In this document: positions 1 through 10,694 of the stretch, piece by piece
Layout: the number at the start of each line of letters is the position of its first letter
How positions within the stretch are numbered: the stretch's first letter is position 1
Assembly (NCBI GenBank): GCA_002495645.1
Contig: DAGF01000095.1
Span: forward strand, 1 to 45,466
Direction: 5' to 3'
Length of the DNA stretch: 45,466 nt
Origin: Euryarchaeota archaeon UBA549
Lineage (GTDB): Archaea; Thermoplasmatota; Poseidoniia; Poseidoniales; Poseidoniaceae
Translations under genes and position numbers: made by a program
The notes under the pieces: model-generated
What the model was told of the DNA's origin: nothing
The model's database searches: none
What the model saw: the letters and a program-made list of their open reading frames with translations, nothing else

Positions 1-72
1 TCGAGCCCCGCTCCCGGCACCACCGATTCACCCCCTGCTCAACACTCAAAATGAAAGACGGTTTGGCTCGGT

Positions 73-780
73 TTGAGCGACATGTCAAACGCACTGCTTC
101 GCATGGACAACATTGAACGACATTACGAAACCCCTGCTGGCGTAGTCAAAGCGCTTGATGGCGTGAGTTTCGACATTCACGAAGGAGAACGGGTCATCTT
201 GCTCGGGCCGTCGGGCTCAGGAAAAACCACCCTGCTCAACTGTCTCTCGGCCTTGGACAGCCCCACGGGAGGCACCTACAGTTTCCTTGGAGAAGATGTT
301 CCTCGTAACCATTCGGAAAAAATGACCTCGTTTCGAAGGGACAACATCGGCTACGTCTTCCAATTCTTCAATTTGCTTCAAGACCTGACGGTGCTGGAAA
401 ACATCCTGCTCATCCAAGAACTCGCAGGCAAAAAAGACCCTGCACGAGCCAAAGAATTGCTCGGACTTGTCGGATTGGATGCGGAAGTCAACCGATTCCC
501 CGGTGAAATCAGCGGCGGCCAGCAACAACGTGTTGCCATTGCTCGCAGCATTGCCAAGCGGCCTACCTTGCTACTGGGAGATGAATTGACGGGCAATCTG
601 GACACGGAGACGTCAAACAAGGTCATGGAGGCCTTGGTCAGCGCTTGCAAGCAGGAAAACATCACTTCCGTCTTTGTCACACACGACGAGGGTTTGGTCA
701 GGTACGCCACCCGTGTAATTCGCATTGACAGTGGGAAGATTGTCTCGGATGAACAGATTGCCAAGGACGAAGAAGCTTGA
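73..780 (+). CDS. ABC transporter ATP-binding protein, LolD/MacB (MJ0796-like) family
   Basis: Walker [10 protein letters not shown]-loop GYVFQFFNL, signature ISGGQQQRV, Walker B LLLGDE(L)TGNLD, H-loop VTHD. Start is TTG 73 or ATG 82. Confidence 0.93.
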   Translation: MSDMSNALLRMDNIERHYETPAGVVKALDGVSFDIHEGERVILLGPSGSGKTTLLNCLSALDSPTGGTYSFLGEDVPRNHSEKMTSFRRDNIGYVFQFFNLLQDLTVLENILLIQELAGKKDPARAKELLGLVGLDAEVNRFPGEISGGQQQRVAIARSIAKRPTLLLGDELTGNLDTETSNKVMEALVSACKQENITSVFVTHDEGLVRYATRVIRIDSGKIVSDEQIAKDEEA

Positions 781-789
781 GGTGGTACG

Positions 790-3231
790 ATGTCAAACCT
801 TCTCAACAAACGCTTGGCGAGGAGCCTGTGGCGAACCAAACTTCGCCTCCTGGCCGTCGTATTGATGGTCTCGGTTGGTGTCTTTGCTGGCATCACCTTT
901 GGCGGTTATTCACACAACGTCGAGGGCATGTACGAGACCCTTCAAGGCGATGACGAGGAAGGAGCCAACCTCGCCGATTTGTGGATAGACAACCGAAGCG
1001 CTTCATGGTCAGCCGGGGACGTCCGTACGTTCTGCAGTGCATTGGAGACATCGTGGCCCTCCACCATCGCAGCCCTTGACTCCTGTGAAGGGCGAACCAT
1101 CGTTCAAGGCACCATGTTCCACACCAACGATACGGGGACGCACATCATCAATTCCCTCTGGCACGGCATTCCCGATGACGCCAACGCCGACAAAGTTTGG
1201 ATGCCAGACGGCCACACCGAAGGAAGGGTGGCATCAAGTGCTGATGAAATCGTCATTGACGCTCACGTCGTTGAAGCCCTTGATTTGTCCCTTGGTGACA
1301 CTGTGCTCATCGGGGCCGGAAGTGCCTCTGCAGAGTTCACCATCGTCGGCATCGGCTACCATCCGCTTCACGTGTTCATGGCCCCCGAAGGCTCGCTCTT
1401 CCCACCCGAAGCAGGCCAATACGTCGTCGGCTATGTCTCCGACAGCGGCATGGCACGCTTGACCAACACGTCCCTTGGCGATAGCAACACCCTTCTTTTG
1501 GACATTGAGGGTTCCCCCTCCTTTGACCTCCCAGATACCGAAGCCTACGAAGGCGAGGAAATCGATGCGGTCAAAGCCCTTGTTTCTGACGCCCTCAGCG
1601 TCGCTGAATTGGACGGTCGTGTAAGGGATAGAGGACAAAACGAGCCTGTTGAAATCATGCGTCAAGACCTCGAAAGTGCGAAGCGGTCCAGCGTGCCATT
1701 CACCGTCATGATTGCGGCCATCGCCTCCATCACCATCGTGCTCAGTCTCCAACGACTCGTCCAAAGCCAGGCCAAGGAAATCGCCGTTCTTCGAACCCTT
1801 GGTGTGAACCGAACCTCGCTGATGACGGGGTACCTGATCGCTCCACTCGCCATCGGTGCCGTGGGTTGTGGCCTTGGTGCCATGATGGGTCCGTGGGGCG
1901 TCAACGGCATGCTGGATTTCTACGAAGGCATCGTCGGCTTGCCCATCACCGAACGCGAAGTACCGTTGTCCTTGTACACCAGCATCATGATTCCCACCAT
2001 GCTGGTCGTGTTCCTCTCCGGCGCATTCCCCGCTTGGAAATCCAGTCGCCTCGACCCGCTTGAGGTGTTGAGTGGCCAAAACCAAGTGCGAGTGGGTTCC
2101 AACCTTTTGCGTCGCCTCACCTCATGGATGCCCACCACGTTGGGTCTGTCCATTCGTTCCAGCGTTCGCAAGCCCGTCCGATTGTTCATGACCTTCCTCG
2201 CCGTTGGCATTTCCCTGATGCTCTTTGGTTCGGTGCAAATGATGTCAGCAGGCATCGAAGACACCATCGTCGGTGGGCTTGAGGACCAGCAATCATGGGA
2301 CGCCCAAGTCTACATCAGTCAAGGTGGAGAAGCCGAAGTCATCGCATGGGCCGAGGAGCGCGGTGCCACCTACGAGCCCATCATCGAAATGCCGCTTGGG
2401 TCCGTGGAGGATGCGGATGGGGTAGATCGCGTGTTTACTTTGGTCGGCTTTGATTCCTTTGAGGAAGGGATGCGGAGCGTCAACGTCATTGAGGGCGAAC
2501 AACCCTTACCGAGTGATGGTGCCAGTCAAGTCATGCTCGACGAAGGCGCCATGGCCTTCTTGGGGTGGACTGTGGGTGAGAAACACACCGTCCTTGTGAA
2601 CGGCGCCGAACACGATGTCAGCGTTGTCGGCGTGACCCGAGGAGAATTGGCTCGAACCATGTACTTCCTTCGTGCCGACCTCGGTGAAGCCTTGGGCGTC
2701 AATGCGACCTCGATGTACATCGCTTTGCCGGACGGTGTTGAGGTGGATGCTTCCCTCGCTGAAATCTCCATGGGTGTGGTTGAACGCCAATCACTCATTG
2801 ACGGCATGAACAGCCTCATTGAACAGCAAACGCAAATCTTCCAGGCCATGATGTATCTCGGGCTCATGTTCACCATCGCCGTCATGTTCAACACGATGAT
2901 CATGAACGTCGCCGAGCGAGATTTCGAACTCGCCACCCTCCGTGTTTTGGGCGCCTCAACGCGGAGTTTAGGCTTCATGCTCCTGTTTGAGAGCCTCCTC
3001 ATTGGCATCATCGGTGGGCTGGTGGGCGTGGCCTTTGCTTACGGTGGGGCCGTTGGTTTGGCTGCTTCCTTCTCTTCCTGGCAGTTCTATGTCGCCATCG
3101 TCATCGTGCCGAGCGTCGCCTACCAACTCATGGCGGGTGTCATCATCATCGCCGTCGCCATGACACCCATTGGCATTTGGCGCTTGCGTCGGATGGACTT
3201 GGTTGAGAAAGTCAAGGACCTGTCTCAGTGA
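790..3231 (+). CDS. ABC transporter permease, duplicated FtsX/MacB-like
   Basis: Two repeats of TM + large extracytoplasmic domain + 3 TM, with FtsX motifs [12 protein letters not shown] and [15 protein letters not shown]-like GAGGTG precedes the ATG; directly follows the ATPase. Confidence 0.9.
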   Translation: MSNLLNKRLARSLWRTKLRLLAVVLMVSVGVFAGITFGGYSHNVEGMYETLQGDDEEGANLADLWIDNRSASWSAGDVRTFCSALETSWPSTIAALDSCEGRTIVQGTMFHTNDTGTHIINSLWHGIPDDANADKVWMPDGHTEGRVASSADEIVIDAHVVEALDLSLGDTVLIGAGSASAEFTIVGIGYHPLHVFMAPEGSLFPPEAGQYVVGYVSDSGMARLTNTSLGDSNTLLLDIEGSPSFDLPDTEAYEGEEIDAVKALVSDALSVAELDGRVRDRGQNEPVEIMRQDLESAKRSSVPFTVMIAAIASITIVLSLQRLVQSQAKEIAVLRTLGVNRTSLMTGYLIAPLAIGAVGCGLGAMMGPWGVNGMLDFYEGIVGLPITEREVPLSLYTSIMIPTMLVVFLSGAFPAWKSSRLDPLEVLSGQNQVRVGSNLLRRLTSWMPTTLGLSIRSSVRKPVRLFMTFLAVGISLMLFGSVQMMSAGIEDTIVGGLEDQQSWDAQVYISQGGEAEVIAWAEERGATYEPIIEMPLGSVEDADGVDRVFTLVGFDSFEEGMRSVNVIEGEQPLPSDGASQVMLDEGAMAFLGWTVGEKHTVLVNGAEHDVSVVGVTRGELARTMYFLRADLGEALGVNATSMYIALPDGVEVDASLAEISMGVVERQSLIDGMNSLIEQQTQIFQAMMYLGLMFTIAVMFNTMIMNVAERDFELATLRVLGASTRSLGFMLLFESLLIGIIGGLVGVAFAYGGAVGLAASFSSWQFYVAIVIVPSVAYQLMAGVIIIAVAMTPIGIWRLRRMDLVEKVKDLSQ

Positions 3232-3270
3232 AGCGATTCATTCATGGGGCGACTTCACCTCCTGCTTTGC

Positions 3271-4626
3271 ATGGTGGAACTACCAGAACCCGGTCGTCGC
3301 ATCAAAGCGCGTGTCTCCACCCACAACGAAACGGCGGAACATGTTGGCCTTGTCCTGCCACCCGCAGCTCCAAAACACATTTCCATCAAACTGGACAACG
3401 GCTACAATGTCTCTTACCCCGCCGAGGCCGTTCAGGAATGGGAAGAACTCGACCCCATCCAGCCTCCTGCTGGTGGGGACTTGCACCGTCCGGCTGAAGA
3501 CGAATCACTCCCTCGGGTTCGCTTGATTCACACCGGCGGAACCATCGCTTCCAAAGTCGATTACGCCACGGGCGCCGTCGAGGCCAAATTCGAGCCGGAG
3601 GAGATGCTTGACGCCATACCCGAACTGGCACAAATCGCCCGTTTGGACGCCGTGAAAATCGGGAACATGTTCAGCGATGATATTCGCCCCCACCACTGGA
3701 ACATCATGGCCAGCGCGTGTGCCGATGCCTTTGCTGACGGTTGTCGTGGCGTGGTTATCGCCCACGGCACCGACACGCTTCACATCACCTCTTCAGCCCT
3801 CAACTTCGCCTTTGCCGGCAAAGGAACGCGCCCCGCTGGTCCCATCGTCATGGTTGGCTCTCAGCGCTCAAGCGACCGAGGTTCATCGGACGCCACGGAG
3901 AACCTTCTCGCTGCCGTGCACTGGGCTGCTACAGGCCCGCTCCCCGTTGGTGATGCTGGCGATTCGGTCTGTGTGGTGATGCACGACACACAGAGCGACG
4001 GCGTCATGGCGGTCCATTCGGGCCTTGCGGTTCGCAAGATGCACTCCACTCGACGGGACGCGTTCCAAGCGGTGAACGGCCAACCCATCGCAAGGGTTGA
4101 GGTCACCCCGGATGGCTTCGAGACCACACACCTTCCTTGGTATGAAGAGGCACGAAATGAAGCGAATGAACGACCAATTGCGCAGAAGCCCACCACGTAC
4201 GAGCCAGGTCAACGCTTTGCACAATTCATTGCCGGGCCTTGGTTGTATGCAGAACAGATTGAAGCCGTGGTGAACACCGGTGTTCAAGGCGTCATCATCC
4301 ACGGGACGGGTCTTGGCCACCTCCCCATTGATGACCCACAAAACGATGCTCCTGAAAACGCCCTTTTGTGGCGGGCCTTGACACGATGCGTCAACAGAGA
4401 ATTGCCGGTGCTCATCGTCAACCAATGCATCCACGGGCCGGTCGACATGAACGTCTACTCGAAAGGGCGAAAACAGCAGGCTATGGGCCTCTTGGGCCAC
4501 GGCGTGAGTTCAACACCCGAAGCCATGACGGCAAAGCTGCACTGGGTGCTGTCCCAAAACATGGACATCAAGCAGGCGCTTGCCTCAAACTTGTGCGGCG
4601 AACACCGAGCGGCCTTGTGGGAATGA
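3271..4626 (+). CDS. gatD: Glutamyl-tRNA(Gln) amidotransferase subunit D
   Basis: GatD N-domain (IKLDNGYNV) plus asparaginase-fold motifs HTGGTIASKVDY, HGTDT, SQRSSDRGSSD and KMHSTRRDAF. ATG 3271 preferred over 3244. Confidence 0.93.
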   Translation: MVELPEPGRRIKARVSTHNETAEHVGLVLPPAAPKHISIKLDNGYNVSYPAEAVQEWEELDPIQPPAGGDLHRPAEDESLPRVRLIHTGGTIASKVDYATGAVEAKFEPEEMLDAIPELAQIARLDAVKIGNMFSDDIRPHHWNIMASACADAFADGCRGVVIAHGTDTLHITSSALNFAFAGKGTRPAGPIVMVGSQRSSDRGSSDATENLLAAVHWAATGPLPVGDAGDSVCVVMHDTQSDGVMAVHSGLAVRKMHSTRRDAFQAVNGQPIARVEVTPDGFETTHLPWYEEARNEANERPIAQKPTTYEPGQRFAQFIAGPWLYAEQIEAVVNTGVQGVIIHGTGLGHLPIDDPQNDAPENALLWRALTRCVNRELPVLIVNQCIHGPVDMNVYSKGRKQQAMGLLGHGVSSTPEAMTAKLHWVLSQNMDIKQALASNLCGEHRAALWE

Positions 4627-4664
4627 GCGTTTGAATCAAAAACCGAGTCGGATGTGATTGAACC

Positions 4665-6227
4665 GTGGACAGTCAAGCCAACGATGCCCTGGAAGACCTC
4701 CGTGCCAAGCGTGAAAGCGCTCGGCTGGGTGGAGGTTTGAAGCGTCAAGAAGCCATTCGTTCAAGCGGACGAGGCACAGCGAGGGACCGCATCGGCCTTC
4801 TCCTTGACGAGGGTTCCTTCCTCGAGGTTGACACCTTCGTCACCCACCGAACCGACGACCACAACATGTTCCTCCACCAAACGTTGGGCGACGGTGTTGT
4901 CACCGGGCAGGGCACCATTGAGGGACGAAGAGTCTACTGTTTTGCTCAAGATTTCAGCGTCCACGGCGGCAGCATGGGCGAGATGCACGCCCTGAAAATC
5001 GCCAAGATCGTTGAGATGGCCGAGCGAGCAAAAGCACCCCTCATCGCCATGTGGGACGGCGGCGGCCAGCGTGCACAGGACGGCGTGAATGCACTGGCTG
5101 GTACCGGCGAAATGTTGGACCGTTTGGTGCAATGCAGCGGGCGCATCCCGATGATCAGCGTCGTCCTCGGACCGGTGGTTGGTGTTTCAGCGCTGGCGGC
5201 TTCTCTTTCCGATTTCACCATCTTGGGTGAAGAACACGGCCAACTCTTCCTTTCCTCACCTCTTGAAACGCCGGAGGTCATCAGCGGCGAAGTCGACGCT
5301 GCCGGCCTTGGCGGCGCAAACCTCCACGCCTCTCGATCCGGGATTGCTTCCCTGATTGCCGATGACGAGGAAGACGCCTGCGAGTTGGCTGCAACCATCC
5401 TCTCCTACCTTCCCGACCACAACATGGCCGACCCACCGGAAGTGCCAACAGGCGACCCAACCACACGGCTCAACGAGACCCTGCAGGACATCGTTCCCGA
5501 CAACCCCAACAAGCCCTACGACATGGTCAGCGTGGTTGAGGAAGTTGTTGACGACGGGGTGTTCATGGAACTCTTCCCCGCTTACGCCGACAACATCATC
5601 ATTGGATTTGCACGGATGAACGGCTCAACCGTGGGCGTGGTTGGCAATCAACCCAAAGTGCTGGCGGGCTGTCTTGATATTGACGCCTCCATCAAAGCGG
5701 CGAGGTTCATTCGCACCTGCGACGCCTTCAACATTCCACTGCTCACGTTCGAAGACGTGCCGGGATTCCTTCCTGGTGTCGTCCAAGAATGGGGTGGTAT
5801 CATTCGCCATGGCGCAAAACTCCTCTTTGCTTACGCTGAGGCCACCGTGCCCAAGTTGACCCTCGTCACCCGCAAAGCCTACGGCGGCGCCTACCTCGCC
5901 ATGTCCTGTAAGCACCTGCAAAGTGATTACAACGTGGCCTGGCCCACCGCTGAACTCGCCGTCATGGGAGCTGAAGGTGCGGTGAACATCATTCATCGGA
6001 GGGAGATTGGCGCTGTGCCCGATGAGGAAAAGGAAGGGGTTCGCCAGCGACTGGTCGACGAGTACAAAGCCAAATTCGGCGACCCATACGTGGCGGCACG
6101 AAACGGTTGGTTGGACGATGTCATCGAACCACAAGAAAGCCGCTTGCGACTGTGCCGCGCCCTCAACATTCTGAAGTCAAAGCGAGAATGGTCGCCGCCC
6201 AAGAAACACGGGAACATCCCGCTATAA
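4665..6227 (+). CDS. Acyl-CoA carboxylase carboxyltransferase (beta) subunit, PccB/MmdA-like
   Basis: ARDRIGLLLDEGSFLE, GDGVVTGQG, QDFSVHGGS, DVPGFLPG, RKAYGGAY and C-terminal KKHGNIPL. GTG start. Confidence 0.92.
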   Translation: MDSQANDALEDLRAKRESARLGGGLKRQEAIRSSGRGTARDRIGLLLDEGSFLEVDTFVTHRTDDHNMFLHQTLGDGVVTGQGTIEGRRVYCFAQDFSVHGGSMGEMHALKIAKIVEMAERAKAPLIAMWDGGGQRAQDGVNALAGTGEMLDRLVQCSGRIPMISVVLGPVVGVSALAASLSDFTILGEEHGQLFLSSPLETPEVISGEVDAAGLGGANLHASRSGIASLIADDEEDACELAATILSYLPDHNMADPPEVPTGDPTTRLNETLQDIVPDNPNKPYDMVSVVEEVVDDGVFMELFPAYADNIIIGFARMNGSTVGVVGNQPKVLAGCLDIDASIKAARFIRTCDAFNIPLLTFEDVPGFLPGVVQEWGGIIRHGAKLLFAYAEATVPKLTLVTRKAYGGAYLAMSCKHLQSDYNVAWPTAELAVMGAEGAVNIIHRREIGAVPDEEKEGVRQRLVDEYKAKFGDPYVAARNGWLDDVIEPQESRLRLCRALNILKSKREWSPPKKHGNIPL

Positions 6228-8978
6228 TCACTTCAACCGGTTGGCTCGGGCCAAGAGGCCGCCGCCTCCGGACGCCGTTTCAACCGGTTCCGGCTCGGAT
6301 ACATCGACGGCTTCGGCAACATCCTCGCGGCTGCGTAAGAACATGGCGGCTCCAGCGATGAGTCCGACCAAGAGGACAAGCCCTGCACCCACGAACAAGC
6401 CACTGCCCAAACCACCTGCATCGTCCTGTCCGGCGTCGTTTTGACCGTTGTTCGTGGCGTTGGACGAGGAGGGGTCAAAGACGATGTTGGCCACAACGCT
6501 GCGGCCCAATTCTGCATCGTAAATCTCAAGCTCGATGTAAACGGAAGTGGACGAATCTCCGTTGATAGGGAGGAGTGTCACGCACTGGTACACCCCGTTT
6601 GTGCTGCTCAAGCAGGAATGATTCACGGCCACGTTCACATTGTCGACCGAAACATTTGCATCGGTGCTCACTGCACCGTCAACATCGGTCACCGACCAGT
6701 ACATATTGGCCGTAGAGCCGCCCAGCAACTGGACCGATTCAATGTTGACAAACGGCAGGTCAGCCACCGGTTCAACCGTCAATGTAAGCGCCGCACTGTG
6801 CGTGGTTGAACCGTCGGTTACGTTCAGCCAGACATCCTCGATGACACCAAAGAAATCCGTCCTTGGCGTGAAGACCATCGAGTTGTTGACTTGGGAAATT
6901 GATACATCGGCTGTACCGCCCTCAAACGTCCATGTCAACGGATCGCCGTCAACATCGTAGGCCAGCGGCCCCAAATCCAACATCATCGTTTCATCCTCGT
7001 TCATGGTCAGATTACCCCACGTAGAACTGTTGATGGTTACGGGGTCGTTCACGGGATTCACCACGACCGGGATTTCCAGCACCAGCGATGGATTCACGCC
7101 ATCGGAAACCGAGGCCTGCAAAACGGTCGCTCCGTGTTGATTTGGCAGAGGTGTAAGGGTCAGTTGGGCACCTTGGATGCTGTAGCGAATCGGCGATTGT
7201 GTACCGCTTTGTTCACCGTCAATTCGGATGTCAAGGTCCTCGCCTTCCGGGTCGGAAACCACCTCGAGAAGATTGTACGCCATGCTCGGCCCGTCCTCGT
7301 CCATTTCCTGAATCGGGACGGTTCCGTCCTTGACGGGTGGGTCGTCGACCGGCGTGAGCACGACCCGTAGTTGGGTCGTTGCTTCATCCAAGGTCAAACC
7401 ATCGCTGCGCAAGACAACATCGAGTTTGCACTCTCCCAACCATTCCTCCTCCAAGGCGTGGGCAACGACGAGGGACAGGCCGTCTTCAGCGATACTGACG
7501 CCGAAATGGTTGGCGTCAACACCCGAGAGACTGGCATTCACCAAACGAACGGCTTGCCCGTCAGGGTCAACGGCGATGCTGGATGCGTTCAGGGCTTTCT
7601 CGCCGTGTTGAGCCAGGTAAATCACCGGTTTGGGGGAGGTGAGCACAATGGGTGTGTTCTCCCGGAACACCGTGGTGGTGAAGAGACTCGGAGCGCCCTC
7701 CACCTCCACACGCATCCAGGCCTTTTGCAAACCTGGAGCGACGGGGGCAAGAGGATAAGCGCATCCTGCCGTGCCGTTGGAGGAGAGAGAGGCGACCGTT
7801 TCCCACGGCCCGTTGAACCATCCGCAGGTGATGTTCACGTCCCAGCCGGCTGGGAGTTGGGAAGCGTTCGTTCCGTCTCGAAGGGTCCAGTTCAGTTGGA
7901 TGTCAAGCGTCTCGGTCCCGTTCACCACGGCTGAGGCGTTGTGGCTGACGTCTTGAGAAATCCAGCGAATGAAGGACGACGCAGTGAGGTCTTCGTCGAT
8001 GTAGGCGCTCCCGTCGCTGACCGTCCGGGGACCCTCTGCTCGGTTGAAGGCCGTCCGGAACTGGTCGTGCTCGCCATGGAGAACAGTGTCAAGATAGGCC
8101 ACAACGTGTTCGGAGGTGATGGAAATTTGCGCTGACTGACTCAGCGTAGCGTCACCATCGCTTTCAAAGAAATTTTGACTGTCCTGAAACTGGTAGTGAT
8201 TCGCTCCCAGCAAGTGCATCCAATGCCAGCCGATACCGGCGTATTCTTCTACGCGTTCCATCATCTCCTGTGAGGGCGCCACCTCATCCACGGTTCCCGT
8301 GATGAAGAGACCGGTGTTGGGCATTGGAGGGTTGGGGGGTGCAACCTGCTCCCACGAGAAACCTTCACCTACGCCCTCGAGATTGAGACCGAGACCGAAG
8401 AGCCCTCGCGGTGGATGAACGCCTTCTGATATTTCAGTAAAATCCCAGTACGGATAAGCGAGGTAGGTAGCTGCAGCGCCCAAGCCGTGGCCAGCGATGG
8501 CCCAATGGTCAAGGTCGATGTTGCCGGCGCTGCCCATGACATGGAGGTTGGTTTGATTCTGCTGATACATAATCTCGGCGAGGCTGGTCAGCAATTCAAG
8601 CGTCGCTTCAATATCCGTTTCGTCCGACATGGGTTGGGTGACGACCACGATGAATCCTCGCTTGGTCAGTTCTTCGGTCAGCAACGTGTAACTGTCAATG
8701 GATTCACCCGAATCGCCAATGAACACCAACCAAGAAAAGGGACCGTTACCGGCCATGTCTTTGTCCTCTCCGTCATACATGGCAGGGTAGACCATCCTCA
8801 CCTGAGGAGAAAAGGGGCCGTCAAGGCGAAAATCCGTCCATCCCACGGGGAAATCAGCCCCAACATGACGGTCTTCAAACGATGTCTCCTCCTCAAGCAA
8901 GGCCAAAACCGAAGGCGAAGCAAGCGAGAGGATAACAACGCATGTCAGCATCGTACGAAGGCGGAGCATGCTCATCAC
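6228..8978 (-). CDS. Secreted, C-terminally anchored protein: alpha/beta-hydrolase-fold domain plus cadherin-like/tandem-95 Ig repeats
   Basis: Signal peptide; hydrolase-like motifs GHGLG, GTVDEVAP and GANHYQF; repeat boundaries TPVDDPP, NPVNDPV and EPVADLP; TM segment followed by RSR and an acidic tail. Start could be 8978, 8975 or 8969. Confidence 0.75.
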   Translation of the reverse strand: MMSMLRLRTMLTCVVILSLASPSVLALLEEETSFEDRHVGADFPVGWTDFRLDGPFSPQVRMVYPAMYDGEDKDMAGNGPFSWLVFIGDSGESIDSYTLLTEELTKRGFIVVVTQPMSDETDIEATLELLTSLAEIMYQQNQTNLHVMGSAGNIDLDHWAIAGHGLGAAATYLAYPYWDFTEISEGVHPPRGLFGLGLNLEGVGEGFSWEQVAPPNPPMPNTGLFITGTVDEVAPSQEMMERVEEYAGIGWHWMHLLGANHYQFQDSQNFFESDGDATLSQSAQISITSEHVVAYLDTVLHGEHDQFRTAFNRAEGPRTVSDGSAYIDEDLTASSFIRWISQDVSHNASAVVNGTETLDIQLNWTLRDGTNASQLPAGWDVNITCGWFNGPWETVASLSSNGTAGCAYPLAPVAPGLQKAWMRVEVEGAPSLFTTTVFRENTPIVLTSPKPVIYLAQHGEKALNASSIAVDPDGQAVRLVNASLSGVDANHFGVSIAEDGLSLVVAHALEEEWLGECKLDVVLRSDGLTLDEATTQLRVVLTPVDDPPVKDGTVPIQEMDEDGPSMAYNLLEVVSDPEGEDLDIRIDGEQSGTQSPIRYSIQGAQLTLTPLPNQHGATVLQASVSDGVNPSLVLEIPVVVNPVNDPVTINSSTWGNLTMNEDETMMLDLGPLAYDVDGDPLTWTFEGGTADVSISQVNNSMVFTPRTDFFGVIEDVWLNVTDGSTTHSAALTLTVEPVADLPFVNIESVQLLGGSTANMYWSVTDVDGAVSTDANVSVDNVNVAVNHSCLSSTNGVYQCVTLLPINGDSSTSVYIELEIYDAELGRSVVANIVFDPSSSNATNNGQNDAGQDDAGGLGSGLFVGAGLVLLVGLIAGAAMFLRSREDVAEAVDVSEPEPVETASGGGGLLARANRLK

Positions 8979-9019
8979 TCAACCCGTGGTGAACGCTGTG
9001 CATCAAAGAGTCTTTCCAT

Positions 9020-9997
9020 TCATGCATACGATGCAAGCACACATTCAGCCTCGAGCAAGCGCGTCAAGAGAAGACCCAAATCAGGGAGGTCGCCCGCCCG
9101 CTCGGGAGCCCACAAACGGCGCCAACACGCCAAGTGTTGAGCGACGAGGAGCCATCGCCCGTCCAATCCATTCGTCGTGATGACCCCCACTCTGTCATCA
9201 AGAGACCCGTCCATTGGTTCGTAAGATGATTTGAGCAAGACCGCTTCAGCGGGCACCTCACAGGTTCGGTCAAAATCAACAAAAACCGTGGGTGCATCTT
9301 CGGTCATATGTTCCGACCAAGGACCATCCTCCAACATCCGCTTGCTCGTCAACTGGTGGAGGCGACCTCCTGCTGTCGCCCAAGTTGCCGCTGTTGAACG
9401 TGCAGCACCACCGCCGCCAACCAAGCCGAGAACATGCTCCTCGGGGTTGACGCCGTGGTGGTGGAGAACGTCGAGAACGCCCTCGCCGTCAACGCCCGCA
9501 CACCACCAACCGCGCCCGTCCCATCGCAACGCATTGACGCATTTGTTCACCATGCAATCGTCAACAGCAACAACCGCACCCGAGTCAAGTTGGTGCTTGA
9601 GAGGGGCGGTCAAATTGAGCCAGATCTCCTCGTCAAACATCCGGGTTGGCAGACCCTCGTCAGTGGTTTGTGGATGAGGGCGTGGCGGTTGTTGGGCTGC
9701 CAAGTTTGGATGGCATTCCTCCACCTGCATCGCCGCCTCCACCGCTTTGTTAAGCAGCGCTTTGGTTCGGAATTTATTGAACACCGATCGCGTGTACGCC
9801 CACGGAATTGGTTCGGGAACAGCCCCTGCGTACCCCCATGCAAAGGCATCGGAGATAGTGGCAACATTCACCAGTTCCATCTGCAAGTGCTTGTCGTTGA
9901 CGTTGAGCCCGAGATGCTTGACCACCAAAGCGGTCAGAAGCGGTGAGAGACTGTGGTCCACAGGTTGGCCGGCAATTCCGTATCGAATTGCTGCCAT
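9020..9997 (-). CDS. Divergent shikimate dehydrogenase (AroE)-family protein
   Basis: GQPVDHSLSP, NLTAPLK, CVNAL, VDGEG, GGGGAARS and DGRWLLVAQ match AroE motifs in the right order. Confidence 0.8.
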   Translation of the reverse strand: MAAIRYGIAGQPVDHSLSPLLTALVVKHLGLNVNDKHLQMELVNVATISDAFAWGYAGAVPEPIPWAYTRSVFNKFRTKALLNKAVEAAMQVEECHPNLAAQQPPRPHPQTTDEGLPTRMFDEEIWLNLTAPLKHQLDSGAVVAVDDCMVNKCVNALRWDGRGWWCAGVDGEGVLDVLHHHGVNPEEHVLGLVGGGGAARSTAATWATAGGRLHQLTSKRMLEDGPWSEHMTEDAPTVFVDFDRTCEVPAEAVLLKSSYEPMDGSLDDRVGVITTNGLDGRWLLVAQHLACWRRLWAPERAGDLPDLGLLLTRLLEAECVLASYA

Positions 9998-10078
9998 GGC
10001 ACCACCAAGGGTTCACAACACAAAAAGGCGACGAATGCAGAGTTAACCTTCAAGAGGGAGTGGGCCATCCCTCTCACC

Positions 10079-10393
10079 ATGGGAAAGGCCGTTGGCTTGA
10101 TGACCACTGGGCTCGGAGCGTACTTGACGTTCAAGATGTGGGCTGAATTTCAAGAAAACCTCGGCACCGTCTTCGGAACCGCTTGGGGCGGCATCATCGC
10201 TTTCATGGTGTTCATCATCTACCAGTCCAACAAAAACGAGAAAGCCTACGAGGCTTCCTTCGGGGACATGCTCACGGGGTCGGTGAACAAGTCAACCATG
10301 GAAGCGGAGAACAACCCACAACCTGTGGCCTTTATCGCTGGTTTTTACTTGTTCATCATCGTGATTTTTGAGATTCTTCTGGGCGCTTTGTGA
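10079..10393 (+). CDS. Small membrane protein of unknown function (about 3 TM)
   Basis: Three hydrophobic segments. ATG 10079 lies 24 nt after a TATA-like CTTCAAG; the longer ORF-track start overlaps the AroE-like gene. Confidence 0.65.
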   Translation: MGKAVGLMTTGLGAYLTFKMWAEFQENLGTVFGTAWGGIIAFMVFIIYQSNKNEKAYEASFGDMLTGSVNKSTMEAENNPQPVAFIAGFYLFIIVIFEILLGAL

Positions 10394-10405
10394 GGGTGAA
10401 CCCTC

Positions 10406-10693
10406 ATGCCGGGCCTCATGGAAGTCTTCATCCTCAAGGAGCGAGTGAACGATAATCGAGACGATTCAATCTTCATGATGCTGTTTGAAAAGGCCTTCAT
10501 CTTGATATCCCTCTTGGTCGTCATGCTCATCGGGGTCGCTCTCAACCTTCCTGCTTGGGGGATTGGGGCACTTGTCGGCGCCTCACTGGGTCCCATCGTG
10601 TACGGGCATTACTACTTCATTTACATCCGTCCTGCGAAAAAACAGCAGAACATTGATGTGAACAAGAAGCAAGGAAAGAACAAGAGGAAGTAG
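10406..10693 (+). CDS. Small membrane protein of unknown function (2 TM, Lys-rich tail)
   Basis: SD-like GAGGGTGA upstream, two hydrophobic segments, stop 1 nt before the nfeD-like start. Confidence 0.65.
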   Translation: MPGLMEVFILKERVNDNRDDSIFMMLFEKAFILISLLVVMLIGVALNLPAWGIGALVGASLGPIVYGHYYFIYIRPAKKQQNIDVNKKQGKNKRK

Positions 10694-10694
10694 C

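Noticed and set aside
574-603. DELTGNLD instead of DEPTGNLD in the ABC ATPase as a sign of inactivation
   Set aside because: The catalytic Asp-Glu, Walker A, signature and His switch are intact; a single substitution is not enough evidence.
3271-4626. gatD without adjacent gatE as an anomaly
   Set aside because: gatD and gatE are unlinked in many archaea; this cannot be judged from one window.
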